Positions 1-14,981 are shown, counted from the first letter of the stretch. The stretch is DNA of 64,000 bases from Octopus vulgaris (GCA_951406725.2 OX597833.1:51398001-51462000), one strand, 5' to 3'. A program made the numbers and translations. The notes: generated by a model not told the origin, from the letters alone.

Positions 1-1286
1 TAGAAAGTAAGGTACAGGACGAAAGGGCTAGAAAGCATATGTTCATGGTTTATCTTTCACATAGCGTTGAAAGACGAAAACTATGAAAACATAATACGTT
101 CCCAGGTGTATTTAAGGTTACTTAAAATTTCTCCTGATGTAAGAAGCGTTAAAGAATCACCAAATTTTAATAAAATAAGAAAATAACTTGTTTCGTAAAT
201 ATAGCTGAATATAAGAAGTGAGATGTTATAATTTCTGAGAAGACATTTTCCATTTTGTGGGCAAGAAAACAAAGTCTCAGTCATTAAATATTTTCATTTG
301 GTATTTTAAAATTAATTTCTTCTAATATGTATAAATTATGGATAAAGCTTAGATTACATATAATGGTTTGCATTGTGTTAATATACCTGCTGATATTGTA
401 AGATAGGTTGTTCGTTTTAAAATACTATACATATATAAATGTTACTAAACTCGGGACTAAAAACATTTGTAATGTTCTAATGTACGTTTATACAGACAAT
501 ATTTCAAGCTGTTTTATCAGGTCACTCAGCTGTGCTACCGACAATATATTATCAGGTACAACGTTCGGAGCAATTAGATCCAAGGTGACTGAAACGGCTC
601 CAACATTTGATTTGCCTGAAAGGAAGGTCTCTAGAGTTATGTAAAACAGAAACAATAACGGCCAGAAATATAGATGGGCGCAACATAAGGTAAACAACTA
701 TCATATACTGTTTAATCCGAGACTCAGAAATTTCGGATTAGTGTCCAGTGTAATGTATGACCGTTGGGAGTGAAGCAGCACTTAGCTTTAATTTTAGTAT
801 GTCTCTAAGAGAATGCAATACTGAGTTCACTACTACACCAGTGATGAAAGTGGACAGGAGGCCAGGCTGGACAACTTTGGGGAGAAGCCGGACTAGAAGA
901 AGGATAGCTCTGAACAAAAGCTGATTGCTAGTCAGTGTCTGTGATTCGGCTGTGGCGATGTGGATTAATTAATTCCAACAGTAAAATGGGTCAAGAGAGA
1001 AGCTGAATTCCATCAAATCTATTCATGCAGAAGAAAGCATGTGGATGCAACGAATGGGTCGTGTGTGAGATGAATTTGCCCAGTAGGGCCACGTAATATG
1101 TCAGCAAAAGAGAGCGTCTAAGATATCAGGCCATAATGATTGACGAGGGTGAAATTTTAAAATCTATATATTATACCATATTTTAGCATAAAATATACTG
1201 CACGCAGCCTGATAAGCCCTGTATTCGCGAAAGTTCAAGTTGTAATGTGAATACATATAATATACAGCAACTAGTAAATATATACT

Positions 1287-1699
1287 CTCCTTTACTCTTT
1301 TACTTGTTTCAGTCATTTGACGGCGGTCATGCTGGAGCACCACCTTTAGTCGAACAAATCGACCCCAGGACTTATTCTTTGTAAGCCTAGTACTTATTCT
1401 ATCGGATCTCTTTTACCGAACCGCTAAGTTACGGGGATGTAAACATACCAGAATCGGTTGTCGAGCGCTGTTGGGGAGACAAACACAGATATACAAACAC
1501 ACACACACACACATATATACATATACATATATATGACGAGCTTCTTTCGGTTTCTGTCTACCAAATTCACTCACAAGGCTTTGGTCGGCCCGAGGCTATA
1601 GTAGAAGACACTTGCCCAAGGTGTCACGAAGGGAGACTGAACCTGGAACCATGTGGTTGATAAGCAAGCTACTTATCCCACAGCCACTCCTGCACCTAT
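1287..1699 (-). mobile_element. tRNA-derived SINE, family B (internal CA/TA microsatellite, (AAAAGAGT)n tail)
   Basis: Minus strand starts AGGTGCAGGAGTGGCTGTGGGATAAG (A box) ... GGTTCAGTCTC (B box); near-identical copies recur at 26590, 32865, 35805, 41025, 58757. Confidence 0.9.
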
Positions 1700-1773
1700 G
1701 TTAAACTTCTTGCATCATGTAGGTGAGTATAATTGATATACACGCAAACAGATATTCACGCACACACAGCCAC

Positions 1774-1863
<90 letters not shown>

Positions 1864-2683
1864 GGATATATATGTATACATACTTTCATATATATATATA
1901 TATATATAATGTTACAGTTTTTGAAGACTAATCTACTATTAAACGAAGAATACGTGTTTACATTTACTAAATTAAGTGTCGTTGGAAATACAAATGAGCT
2001 TCCGGTGGTTATTCTTTAATGTAAACCATTTATGTTTGTATCCAAACATCTTTAAAGTATATATATACATATCCACATACGCACATATACCAGTTTATAT
2101 AAACACACACACATATATGTATATATTTATATAGATATATATACATATGTATGATTGTATATATATATATATATATATGTATGATTGTATATATATGTAT
2201 ATATATATATATATGTAGGTATGCATGTGTGTATATTGAAGGAGAGAGAAAGCGAGATAGAAATAGAGAGATATATATACGTATGAGAGCAAATGTGTGT
2301 CTAGGGAGAAAGAGGCGAGAAATTATGAAAGTATTTTGTCGCAGATAAATGATTTTCATTACGTTTGCGTATGTATGATATGTATACGGGTGTTGTGGGT
2401 GTGCCCTCTCCAGCTTGTTGACTTCTTTTTTTGCTTTTTTGTATGACATACACAGATTCAAACATAAACACAAACATATAAGTCTATTCATAAACACCCA
2501 TACACAAACACACACAATCATACACACACACACACTTTCTCTCTATCTGTCTCTCTCACGCACACACTCACATACATATATACACACAAAAACGCATATA
2601 CACACATGCCGAAGAATATGTACGTGTTCAAATGATAACCAAACTAGGCCAGGGTAGATGTGTTATATAAATATAAAATATCG

Positions 2684-2716
<33 letters not shown>

Positions 2717-2946
2717 GTATATATATGTGATAAAAACGACAACAACCACAATAGCATTGATGATGGTGATGATAATGATGATGCTGTTATCGGGGCTGGT
2801 GATGATGGTGGCCGCGGCGGCAGTCATGGTGAGTGTGGTTGTGGCGGTGGTGGTGGTGGTTGTGGTGGTGGTGTTGGTGTTGGTGGTGGTGGTGGTGGTG
2901 GTGGTGGTTGGTTGGCTGGCTGGTTGTGGTAGTGATGTTGATGAGG

Positions 2947-2967
2947 ATAAGGATGATTCTGATGATA

Positions 2968-3049
<82 letters not shown>

Positions 3050-3075
3050 CGACGACGACGATGATGATGATAACG
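2947..3075. repeat. (GAT)n microsatellite preceded by (GGT)n
   Basis: Direct reading; explains the poly-D/V/H/M ORFs. Confidence 0.95.
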
Positions 3076-3303
3076 ATGGTGATATACTAATAACAATAAT
3101 AGTACGCTAAACAGTAGAGAAGAGGGGAAATATAAATACCAGCTCAATATACATATCTGTTATATCAGACATCTGGATAGGATTGTAGATTAAAAAATTG
3201 AGGGGGAGGGGGTTAGTGTTAGAATGTGGTGGGGGTAAACCTTGTCGATAGAAAAGGGTGAGCGGTTAGGGAGACTTTCTTGAGTAACATTTTTACCAGA
3301 ATT

Positions 3304-3372
3304 GCAGCTTGGCCGAGTCGGTAAGGTGTCAAATTAGCGACCGAGGATTCGAAAGATCGAATCCTGTCTCTG
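3304..3372 (+). mobile_element. Degenerate tRNA-like SINE head
   Basis: TGGCCGAGTCGGTAAGG (A box) and GATCGAATCC (B-box-like) at tRNA spacing; no complete cloverleaf. Confidence 0.5.
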
Positions 3373-3681
3373 ATAGAATATTAAAATCTGGGCAATCCTT
3401 CAATATTGGTACACGGCGTTTTTTACCCACGCAACGTTCACTCATGACACAAATAAAGAGGCTAGACTGGAAAAGAGGGTGAATGACGGCATCTCCTCAT
3501 ACCGACATTTTGTAGACCATTATCGAAGCAATACCGAAATCCGTATCTGTGGTGCTTTATACTTCAGAATCATTTCCATATAGTTCTAAAATAAGTGTTT
3601 TAAGTGGTCTGAATTGTGGAAAGTATTGCCATTTCAATGTGTAGGATTTTGTATTTCTTCATAAAATTACACCATTTACAT

Positions 3682-3727
<46 letters not shown>

Positions 3728-4732
3728 GCACGCACGAACACACATGTGTGTGTGAATAAATGTATATCTGTATTTATATATATTCAACAATAGTGGTAGA
3801 TAGTCTTGATTAAATTTAATTTAATTTAATTAGGCTAGTTTACCAAAAAGTACGTCGAAAGATGATTAAGGTAAATGTTTTTAATTTTCCTTTGATTTCT
3901 GAATTACTACTATTTAGCGGTCTGAGTATAGCTGCTCGTTTAGTGAGTTGAATGACTTATTAAGGCCATTCCTTAAAATTATTGTTGAATGTATATTATA
4001 TAGTCTTTTGACTATTTTTTCTTTCTCACTAGACCGCTGGTGGCGAAAAAAATTTCTATTGAATTTTTTGCTACCCTTATATTGATTAATTAATGTATTT
4101 ATATATATATGCATATACATACATACATACATACATACATACATACATACATACATACATACATACATACATACATACATACATACATACATACATCTTT
4201 TATCTTCAACTTGTTTCAGTCATTAGACTGAGGCCTTGCTGGGCCACTGCCTTAAAGGAATTGTAGTCGAAAGAATCGAACCCGGTACTTATTTTTTCTA
4301 TACGCCATGCTTATTTTTTAGGTCACCTTTGCCGAACTTCAAATTTCGTCTGGTATTTCGTCTGTTTTTAGGGTCTGAATTCAAATTCCGCCCAGCTCCA
4401 CTTTGTCTTTCATCCTTTCGGGTCGATAAATTAAGCAACAGTTGCATACTGGGGTTGATCTAATCGACTGGCCTCCTCCTACAAAATTTCGGGCCCTGTG
4501 CATAGAGTAAAAAAGAATAATATATACTCATGATTTATTTGAAACTGAAGTCGTTTGAAACCGTTATTCCGAGTTTCTCTTTGCTGACAATGTAAATACG
4601 AAAAAGTTTTTTTTTTCTTATATAATAAGAATTAAGAGGAAATGCTTGAATATCATAGCAAACCTCGGATGGATAAAATCCAGCTATCCGATTTTATTAC
4701 TAGACGCTATAAGCATTATTTTTTTTAAATTA

Positions 4733-4941
4733 GAGGAGACGAACTGACAGAATCGGTAGCACGCTGGGCAAAATGCCTCATGCTATTTCTTACGTTCTGA
4801 GTTCAAATTCCGCCGAAGTTGACTTTACTTTTAATTCTCTTGGGGTTGATAAATTAAGTACCAGTTGAACACTGGCATCGATCTGATCGACTAGTACCCT
4901 TCCCCAAATGTTCATCTCTTGTGCCTATAGTAGAAAGGAAT
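4733..4941 (+). mobile_element. tRNA-derived SINE, family A (tail type 1); a further fragment lies at ~4351-4519
   Basis: GAGTTCAAATTCCGCCGAAGTTGACTTT...GGGGTTGATAAATTAAGTACCAG core shared with more than 10 copies in the window. Confidence 0.85.
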
Positions 4942-5182
4942 ATTTTAAAAATTGAAAGAGGGGCATACTATCAGGGAAAAGGTAAGATAATGAAACGCTT
5001 TATATTAGACACTAGCAAATACTCATTCTTTTATAAGAAAATCGTGTATATATACAAGGGATATAATGTAAATATAGCAACATATTTGCGAGCGTATAAA
5101 AATAATAATAACAGTGCAAAAGAAATCACCTGAAAATTTAAGGTGAATTTAACATATAAAAATTCTATAATTTTATATGTTA

Positions 5183-5567
5183 CGAGCAAAACGCCCCTCG
5201 TCCAATGTAGAGTGCTGAGTTGTCAAACATTTAAACCAAATTTTCTCGAAACAACTTGTCCGACCGTCCCATTTTGTGGCATTATTTCAAGCCAGCCGGC
5301 ATTTTTTTTTTGTGCAAACTGCACATGCATTTTTCTCGCCCACGCGTAGTATCGATCGCAACAGCTAATGTACTTGCGCGTACAAATGCACGTTCCCACG
5401 GCTTTATCGATCGCATTCTCACCTGGAATCGATTTTTGTAATTTTTTCAAGACTTATGCACGCCCTGATACCGCCGGTATCTACATATTAAATTTGAGCA
5501 CAATCGGATGGAGGATGCCCGAGATCCTACAAGACATACACAGACAGGACTGATTTTATATAATAGA
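5183..5567 (-). mobile_element. Putative non-autonomous Helitron-like element
   Basis: Minus strand reads A|TCTATTATATAAAATCAGTCCTGTCTGTG ... TTTTGCTCG|T: 5'-TC, CTAG-like 3' end, A/T target, no TSD. The subterminal hairpin is poor. Confidence 0.5.
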
Positions 5568-6050
5568 TATAGGAGTAAATCTTATCAGTGTTAGGTCATC
5601 AGCAAAGGATTTTTAAGATTCTCTATTTATCTGTCTATTTGGCGCATTTTCATACAACAGGAACCTTCTATTTTATTGTTTGGAAGTAACAATTCCGATT
5701 ATAGCAAGTTTCTCAGTCTAACTAAAAGTTGTAAGCCTATGTTTTAAACTGACCTATCCAAAATATCGTGAGATAAAATTCAAGCGATTGCATTTCTCTT
5801 ATGAATTAATAAATCCGTGTTAATTCATACTACCACTCAAACAAGTCAACTTTTATTCCTATCTCTGTACACGGATAACCTCCAATACTTACACACACCA
5901 ACCTACATGCTCCTCTCTTCTTAACTCCTCCCATAAACCGCAATTTCATCTGCTTTTAACCCTTTCTTCATTTCTTTTTGCAACACCTACTCTCACCTAT
6001 TCTTTATATTTCTCCAGCCACTGTTTCTCTTTCCTTTGTTCATTCTCTAT

Positions 6051-6090
6051 CTTTGTTCTGATGAAGGACTAGCGTCCGATACGTCATAGC
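6051..6090 (+). ncRNA. Degenerate minimal type-I hammerhead ribozyme motif (Penelope pLTR-like)
   Basis: CUGAUGA-A-GGAC(UAGC)GUCC-GAUA-CG-UC; GAAA is changed to GAUA and stem I is weak. Confidence 0.7.
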
Positions 6091-6403
6091 ACTTTCCATT
6101 CTTTTTAAGCGTTGGTCTAATACAACATATGTTAAAACATGCCCTTCCCACATTGTCTACCTGTTGTTCTCGTTGCCTTCTTAATAAATATATAAATAAA
6201 TATACTAAAGTTGATGTGATAGATTTCGTCACTCTAATGTGATGCTACTGCCGGTCAAAGATCAGTGAATGAGGAACCAATCAAAATGTTCTAAAAATAT
6301 GTGTGTGTGTGCGCGCGCGAGTATGTATATATATAATAAATGTATATACATATTATATATGCATATATATATACATAATATATATATGTGTGTGTATGTG
6401 TGC

Positions 6404-6443
<40 letters not shown>

Positions 6444-6452
6444 ACACACACA

Positions 6453-6498
<46 letters not shown>

Positions 6499-6666
6499 AA
6501 TTTACAAATATATTATTTGCGTATAGATAGATACAGAGAGGGAGAAAGAGAGAGAGAGAATAATGTACATGCGGTTCTAAATATTTCTTTGGTAATTTCA
6601 GATTTATATGCGTCCATGATTGAACACCCACCCACCCACACAAATGGTACATACGCATCCCTTTAC

Positions 6667-6732
<66 letters not shown>

Positions 6733-6805
6733 TTTTGTAGGTATGTATGTATATATGTATATATATATGTGTGTATGTACACACACACACATAGATTAGA
6801 TAGGT

Positions 6806-6881
<76 letters not shown>

Positions 6882-8264
6882 AGGATAGATATATTTACAC
6901 ATGTTTATATGATTCATTCTGGTTATGTTTGGATGTTTGTAAGTCGTAGTGAGTGATGTGAATTCATGATTATGTATGCAAACGTCTTTTCATTATCTAC
7001 CCTCTGTCGTGTTTTTGCGTATATTCTACATGAATGCCCCTATTTTTACACACATATATGTGTGCTCGTGTGTGTGTGTGTGTGTGTGTCTTTACTGTTG
7101 TGCATGTATGGGCGTGTTCATGTACATACGTAAATGTGTATGTATGTGTGAGCATGTGTGTGTCAGTAGTTATGTTTGTGTATCCATGCTTGTCTATATA
7201 TATGTGTGTGCGTATGTGTGAGTATTTGAGCCTGTGCTTCAGTATATTTGACTGTCTTTGTATTTATGTATGTGTGTATATTTGTGTGTAAGTATTTGAT
7301 TGTTTCTGTGTGTGTGTGTTTGTGCGTGTGTGTTTGTGTACGTGTGTGTGTATGTGTGTGTATGTGTGTATGTGTGTGCGTGCGTGCTTCCTTGTCTTGC
7401 AATATGAAAGTATGTGAAACTCTATTCCATGTCTCTGGAGAGACTTGATATTTGGAATACTGCTGCTTCCGCGGTTACCAAAACTTCTTTTTCTTTTTCT
7501 TTCTTTTTTTTTCCACTGAAAACCTTAAGCGAATCGACAGGCAAACACTTACACATTTTAGCAGCTGTTTGCTTTAGGCTTATCTCGTTTATACTACAAA
7601 GTACTTTAACATACCTAAATATGTTGTTGGGTTACTTGAGAATTGGGAAATCTTAACACATTACAAGCAGCCTGCCCCAATCTTTCAACTAAAATCTTTA
7701 GATAGTTGCGTGTATGTCCCCGAATATTCAGCAAAGGGAAATTCTAGACGCGTATACAAAAGTTCTTGCGTACAGATGCATCTAGATTTTTAATGCGTGT
7801 GGTAGACATATGTAGAATCGCTTATTGCACAGATGTGGAACAAATATCGGACCCTGCATATGTATACGATAACGTCTGCGCTCAAAATACGCAGAGTGGT
7901 GCATTATAGGAGTAGGTCTACTGACATATTTTATAAATATTAACCTTCATCTTTGCACAGAGCTGGGATTACTCAATACGCTGTACTGGGAAAGAAGTTA
8001 AATCGGATTTTTCTGAAGATTTTAATTGGCCACTTGACTAATATATTTGTACAGTTGCTTTCCTTTAAATCTTGGTATGCTAACCCCTAGGCTATACAGT
8101 TTTCAGATTAAGGGGTGATGAAGTTTGATATGCATGAGTTCGAACTCTCATTTGAATAAACGAAGTCTTCTAATACGTCGTTTATACTGTTCTCATTGCT
8201 GTTGAGCCCAGAAATGTTGGCATCGCATGCCCAGTCATCGTGTAATTTTAATTTGTAAGTACGA

Positions 8265-8505
8265 GGGCGGCAAGGCGAAATGTGTAGCCGTATTTCGTCT
8301 GCCGTTACGTTCTGAGTTCAAATTCCGCCGAGGTCGACTTTGCCCTTCATTCTTTCGGAGTCGATAAATTGAGTACCTGTTACTCACTGGGGACGATGTA
8401 ATCGAATTAATCCCTCTCCTCTCTGTTTAACCCCTGTCGGCAATAAAGAAATAAGAAACGTTAGCACGCCGGGCAAAATGCTTAGCTGTATTTCGTCTGT
8501 CTTCG
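8265..8505 (+). mobile_element. SINE family A with a partial second unit
   Basis: Family A core; junction AAAGAAATAAGAAACGTTAGCACG as in the 18-kb array. Confidence 0.85.
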
Positions 8506-9043
8506 AGATACTCATTCCTAGCCAATAAAAATCAACATAGAAAATAAACAAGTGCCTCACTCTAATCATGATCAATTTTCTTGTAATTTTATTGGTTTTT
8601 AGATCTCCGTATGACACGGGGACAAAACTGCAAGGGAGATAAAATGAGACGAGAGCGGATAGGAAATAGAGGGTCTTTAGGTTTAAACCACTGCAAGACC
8701 ATAACCATTTGAGGAAACACATGGATGAATAGTTAGTTCCAGATGGTGGGAAAAACATTCTGGTGAGTTCTAACACTAATGTTGGTGTTGTTCTAATTCC
8801 TCAGCTTCTCACCATCTGTTTCTCTCGCTATAGGTGTCTGTGAGAGAATGCGTTCGGGGTTGCGTGTCAGCTTTCTCAATCCCTCTCTCTATTTCCCTCT
8901 CTCTCTCTGTCTCTCTCTCACACACACACACACTGACATACAATACTCACATACATGCACATACGTAAAAGTGCACACGCACACAACAACACATACACAC
9001 AATCATATATATATATATATATATATATACACTCACACACACA

Positions 9044-9130
<87 letters not shown>

Positions 9131-9291
9131 ATATATATGGGTGTATGTAAGAGAGTGTATATCTGTGTACGAGCATATATGTGGATATGTATGGGGATGT
9201 ATGTGTGGGGGAGGAAATATTGCCTAAGCATACATATGTTTGTGTGGGAGTATATACAGGCAATGTTTCTGGTTACGTGTGTGTGTGTGTG

Positions 9292-9323
<32 letters not shown>

Positions 9324-9428
9324 ACCGTGTGTGTACTGCATACATGTATGTTCGTATGTGCGTGCGTACGTGATGTGAGTGCATATGTATGTGTTTTTGT
9401 TAGCACATGCGTTTGCCTGTGTAGAGAA

Positions 9429-9459
<31 letters not shown>

Positions 9460-9602
9460 TGTATGTATGTGTGTGTGTATGTGTGTGTGTATATATGAGT
9501 TTATGTATATATGTCTGGAAGTGACGAACATGTACAACTATGTTCATTTGTGTACGTGTGAGTGTATGTCTGGATTATGTGCATATACACATAATTATGT
9601 AT

Positions 9603-9648
<46 letters not shown>

Positions 9649-9697
9649 TTGAATGCACATGCATCCACAAACACACTCACACAAACACGCACACACA

Positions 9698-9735
<38 letters not shown>

Positions 9736-9775
9736 TATATATACATATATATATGCATATATATACATACATACA

Positions 9776-9868
<93 letters not shown>

Positions 9869-10803
9869 GCATTGCGCACAGAGGGAGCAAGCTTAAATCA
9901 TCATGTCAAATCTAACATATGGTGGAATCCTATGATTTCCTGGCCATACCATAGAGGTGATTTGCCATTTCCTTTGCAGCTATACGATTTGTACTTACAG
10001 GTGTAACAGAAATCAGTAATTATTTACAGCCGAATAGATAGTACCGATCTGAAAATTAAATATTAGAGCCAGTGGACCAACAATGTGCCATGAACATTAT
10101 AGAAACGGCCGACCTGTCCAGTAGACTATCCGTGATTTCAGTTCACATAACGTACGTCTGTATAATTTTCGTCAACCAGATTTCCCTCCCAAAGTTTGGA
10201 GCGAAATTGGATGATAATAGAAGGGAATTTGCTGGCATGCCATATAGTAGAGTTGCACCACATTTTTAAAAAGTGAATTTCATTAAATAGAGCCGTGTTT
10301 GCAGTTTTATATTTTGTTAAATTTGTGGCTATTGTTCTTATAATAGTCTAATAGGAAAAATTACACGATATCAATTTATATTCTCCCACCACATATATAC
10401 AAGGACACAATTTCAAAACAAAAAAGCAGATTTTTCAGTTACCGTGTATAAGGCATGTATTCTGATTTGGTTTCTTTATACACGCTTGGCCTTTATACAA
10501 GTCACCTTACAATCACATAGTCTCTGGTTCAGTTCCAGTGCTTGCTGCTTTGCGCAATTGCTTTCTGTTACCACCTCAAACCAACGTACGCTTTGTCAGT
10601 GAATTTGGTAGACAGGAATTGTCTAAATCCGTTCCGTATATATAAATATACATACGTGCATATATGTATGTCTTCATATAGCAATATACATGTATGTATT
10701 CAGATATTTATATGCATGCATGTATGAAAGTATGTATGTATGACCGTATGTATGTATGTATGTATGCATGCATGTATGTATGTATGTGTGTATGTATGCG
10801 TGA

Positions 10804-10840
<37 letters not shown>

Positions 10841-11162
10841 GTTTGTTTGTGTGTGTCTTTGTGTTTATGTTTGTTCACCACCACTTGACAGCTGCTGTTG
10901 GTTTGTTTACGTGCCCGTAACTTAGTGGTTCAGCATAAGAGACCAGATTTTAGAAAATAAGAACTGAGGTCGATCTGTTTGACTAGATCCTTTAATGCGG
11001 AGCCCCAGCATGGCCGCAGCCCAGTGATTGAAAGAAATAATAATAATAGTAATAATGATGATGATAATAATACTAGTACTAAAAACAACAACAACAGTAA
11101 TAATGATAATAACAATAATAACAATGATTATAATAATAATAACAATGATTATAATAATAATA

Positions 11163-11309
<147 letters not shown>

Positions 11310-11774
11310 TCTAATATCGTTAAAAAATAAGCAGGAAAAGCAAGATGTTTATACCATAACCTACTCTATCGTTTCAACATCCCGTTTACACATCAGTAAA
11401 TTTTTTGCTAAATCCATTTTATATGCATTTCTCTTTAATGATTAAATGTATATATATGAAATTTTACAAATTTAATATTTCCCTTTATGTATCAATTTTT
11501 GTAAAATAGTAATATAAATTTTTTTGAAATCAAATTGTACTTGAAATATCAGTTTGTGGTCTCGATACATAAGAATAATAGAAATCTTATTTCTACAGCT
11601 AGTTCAGTTACTTCCCTTAGAGATTCCTAAAAAAAAGTAAACGATGAAAAAATATTGCTACGTTCCTATCGAAATATAACTGGGATATAAAAGATATAAT
11701 CACCACTATTTACACGGTGGAGTCAGATTATGACAAAATACCCTTACGTTTTCGCTGTAAACATATTGTCACCA

Positions 11775-11967
11775 TTTCGTTTTGGGATTTGGTTTGCAAG
11801 ATTCTTTATATGAGTTCGTGTGTTGAAACATATTCTGTTGTGTCTAGTGAGAGTCATTTTCTTTTTGTGCCTTATAAAAATAAGAAATAAGTGGAAATTT
11901 TACCGGTGAGTGTGTTACATTATAATGCACAAAAAGAAAATGACTCTCCCCAGACACAACAGAATAT
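11775..11967. mobile_element. Fold-back insertion with 48-bp inverted arms and a 12-bp flanking direct repeat
   Basis: Arms 11830-11877 and 11920-11967 (45/48 match); ATATTGTCACCA at 11763-11774 and 11964-11975. Confidence 0.7.
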
Positions 11968-12123
11968 TGTCACCAAGAAAAGCAAATGCTATATTACACG
12001 TTTTTAAAAATTTTTAACGAGTTTGAGTTTTCTAGTAAATATTCTGAAAATATTCGCTAAAATACGTGAATTACCTTCTCATAACTTTTTCTCTTAGTGG
12101 TATAAGTAACGAAAACGTTTCAA

Positions 12124-12220
<97 letters not shown>
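12124..12220. repeat. Palindromic microsatellite (CTA)n(TAG)n
   Basis: The repeat switches strand at ACTAGT (12175-12180). Confidence 0.95.
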
Positions 12221-13015
12221 TGGGGGCATGCGCTGTAACAGCACGTCGCTGCAACCATCATTTGTTGGTGATTCTCTACTGGCAGAGGACACTTTTGTGC
12301 CACACAGGCAACAAACCGCCAAACATTAAGCTAGCTAGGTACATCTAGAACCAGAAAGCCAAAGCATTACCCTCAGTGCCGTCAAATAGAGCATCACATA
12401 GCGATCAAAGTCTTACATTAATTGACCAAGAAGGTGCAGGATTTGTATCGCTGAAGCAACATATATATTCTTTATAATCTAAATCTTTGCTGACCTCGTG
12501 AACACGAAATGAGACATTTACACCAGATGCAAGCATCACGACAAATTTTTACTATCGAACTGGAGATCACCACATTCTTCGGATTAAGCAATAGTCTAAC
12601 AAACTATAGCCTTTCCACATTGTTAATTCATATATAAACAATGGCCACTGTTTCCTTTCCAACAGATCAAAGGGACACACATCTTTCTTTAAAGCCTTTC
12701 TCGTCTTTTTTTCTCGTACTTTTCTTCTTTTTTTTCAGAATGTAACCATGTTTTATTTTGGGTTTAAATGGCAGCAGGATACAACACGGCACACTACACA
12801 ACCCTGTCGCATTACTTTACTATTCGAGTATGGAACTTATTTCTCGCTGGACGGAAATTTTTTGTTATCTAGATCTCACCAACGACGGAGGATTGCATTG
12901 TACATACATACATACATACATACATACATACATACATACATACATACATACATACATACATACATCATATATACATACATACATGCATACATACATACAT
13001 ACACACACACATACA

Positions 13016-13046
<31 letters not shown>

Positions 13047-14525
13047 CAAATACATACATACATATATACATATCTACATACATACATACATACATACATA
13101 CATACATACATACATACATAAATACAATAAATACATACATTGCATACACAAAGTATTTCGTCTTATTCCTACTCAATATTAAGGTGTTTTACCTCCTATC
13201 TCACAACTCATCATCATCATCTTCATTATCATTAACATCAACGTCGTCGTCATCGTTTTCGTCGTCATCATCACCATCATCCTCCCTATCATAATCATTA
13301 TCCTGCTTCCTCTTCTTACACGTCTCCCAGAATTCTCATTATCACCCAAAACTGCATAACTAAATAAATAAATACATAAATATATAAAACAAATCACAAA
13401 AAGAAAATAATAATAATAATAAATCTTCACTCATTGCATGAACAAACGTTGAAACAGTCTCTAATTCTTCTTTAATTCTTACCGTATTCCTCGAATATCT
13501 TTGTGATAACTTCATTACACAAAACACACGCGCATACACACACATTCACGTGCATATACATACACAAAATCTTTACACTATCCGCAACAAACGACAGTAA
13601 CACCAAACGTTCAACTCTCACTGAAAATGTAACCATAACCGACCGAAAACCCTGCTCATAAACTGTTATGAATAATCAGAATAATCATGCAACATATTCT
13701 ATACCCTGTCGAAATGTATACATAAACACCCCTCCCAAGGGAGGTATTTTCGACATACCTGAGATTGCTTCCTCTTCCTTCTAACAAGGACCACCCGTGC
13801 TTGCTGTTTGTTTGTTTGTTTGTTTGGCTTTTTGATTCTTTGTCTTCTTGATTTTTTTTCTTCTCCCTTAAAATGGATTTTCGTGGCTGTTTATCCGCCT
13901 TACACACATAAGAATTCATATAGACACATAACAGCACGTATCTACAGAAAATACATGAATTTACACAGATACATTTATGCACATACATGCTTGTTTGTCT
14001 GTGTGTATGTGTGTATACTTGGTTCTGTGTGTCTGTGTGTATACTCGTTTGTCCGTGTACATACTTGTGTGTGTATGTGTATGTGTGTGCGTGTGTATGC
14101 ATATAGATTCATAGATATTCACATGCAATTCTGGATTGTTAGTATATTGTTATAATTCGTGAGCATATTTATACAAATGTTTACATAAGGGTAAACAAAG
14201 ATGATGATCATTTATGTATTACGCACGCACACACACATACACACACATAAACACTCTCTTATATAAGTATATAGACATACATACACACAAACATATATAA
14301 CTATGTACACACACATATATATACATACAAACACACATATGCATACATATGCATTAACATACATATATATGTATATACATATACAATGTATATATATATA
14401 TATATATACATACAAACATGCATACATATATGTATATATATGTATGCATGTACATATAAACATGCATACATATATGCATGTACATATAAACATGCATACA
14501 TATATGCATGTATGTTTGCATGTAT

Positions 14526-14570
<45 letters not shown>

Positions 14571-14659
14571 TGAGATTCAGTTGAATTAGGTATTTAAGTT
14601 GAAGCATATGCATGTATATTTATATATATATATATATATATATATACATGCATATGTAA

Positions 14660-14769
14660 ACAATACAACGATCGTTTCGACACATCCTGCAATGCTCCCT
14701 CGCGGGTGGGAAACTATACAATGAATTTCGCTGCATCCCATGGTGCAGAAACATCTCATCAGGTGATGT
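14660..14769 (-). ncRNA. Type-I hammerhead motif with extended stem II
   Basis: CUGAUGA-GAUGUUUCUGCA...UGCAGGAUGUGUC-GAAA-CGAUCG-UU; palindromic stem III; stem I has two mismatches. Confidence 0.65.
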
Positions 14770-14981
14770 AATGAAGTGTCTCATTACATAGGTAATGTTT
14801 CATGTGTGTGTGTGTGTGTGTGTGTGTACATGAATTTCTGAATCCGGCTTTCAGAATAACATGGTGAAAACGGTAATCGCGAGACTTTGAAAAGCGAAAT
14901 ATGGTAGACTCTGCTTCGAATATAACTATAAACTTTACTATGTATAATGAATACTTCCTCTTCTCGTTTGTAACTCATAAC

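Noticed and set aside
81-697. Short minus-strand ORFs as host exons (possible acceptor near 631)
   Set aside because: No recognisable domain or clear donor site; cannot be supported without RNA or homology data.
5575-5625. Minus-strand FADDLTLI, RT-like motif
   Set aside because: Too short, and the flanks are too decayed to call an element.
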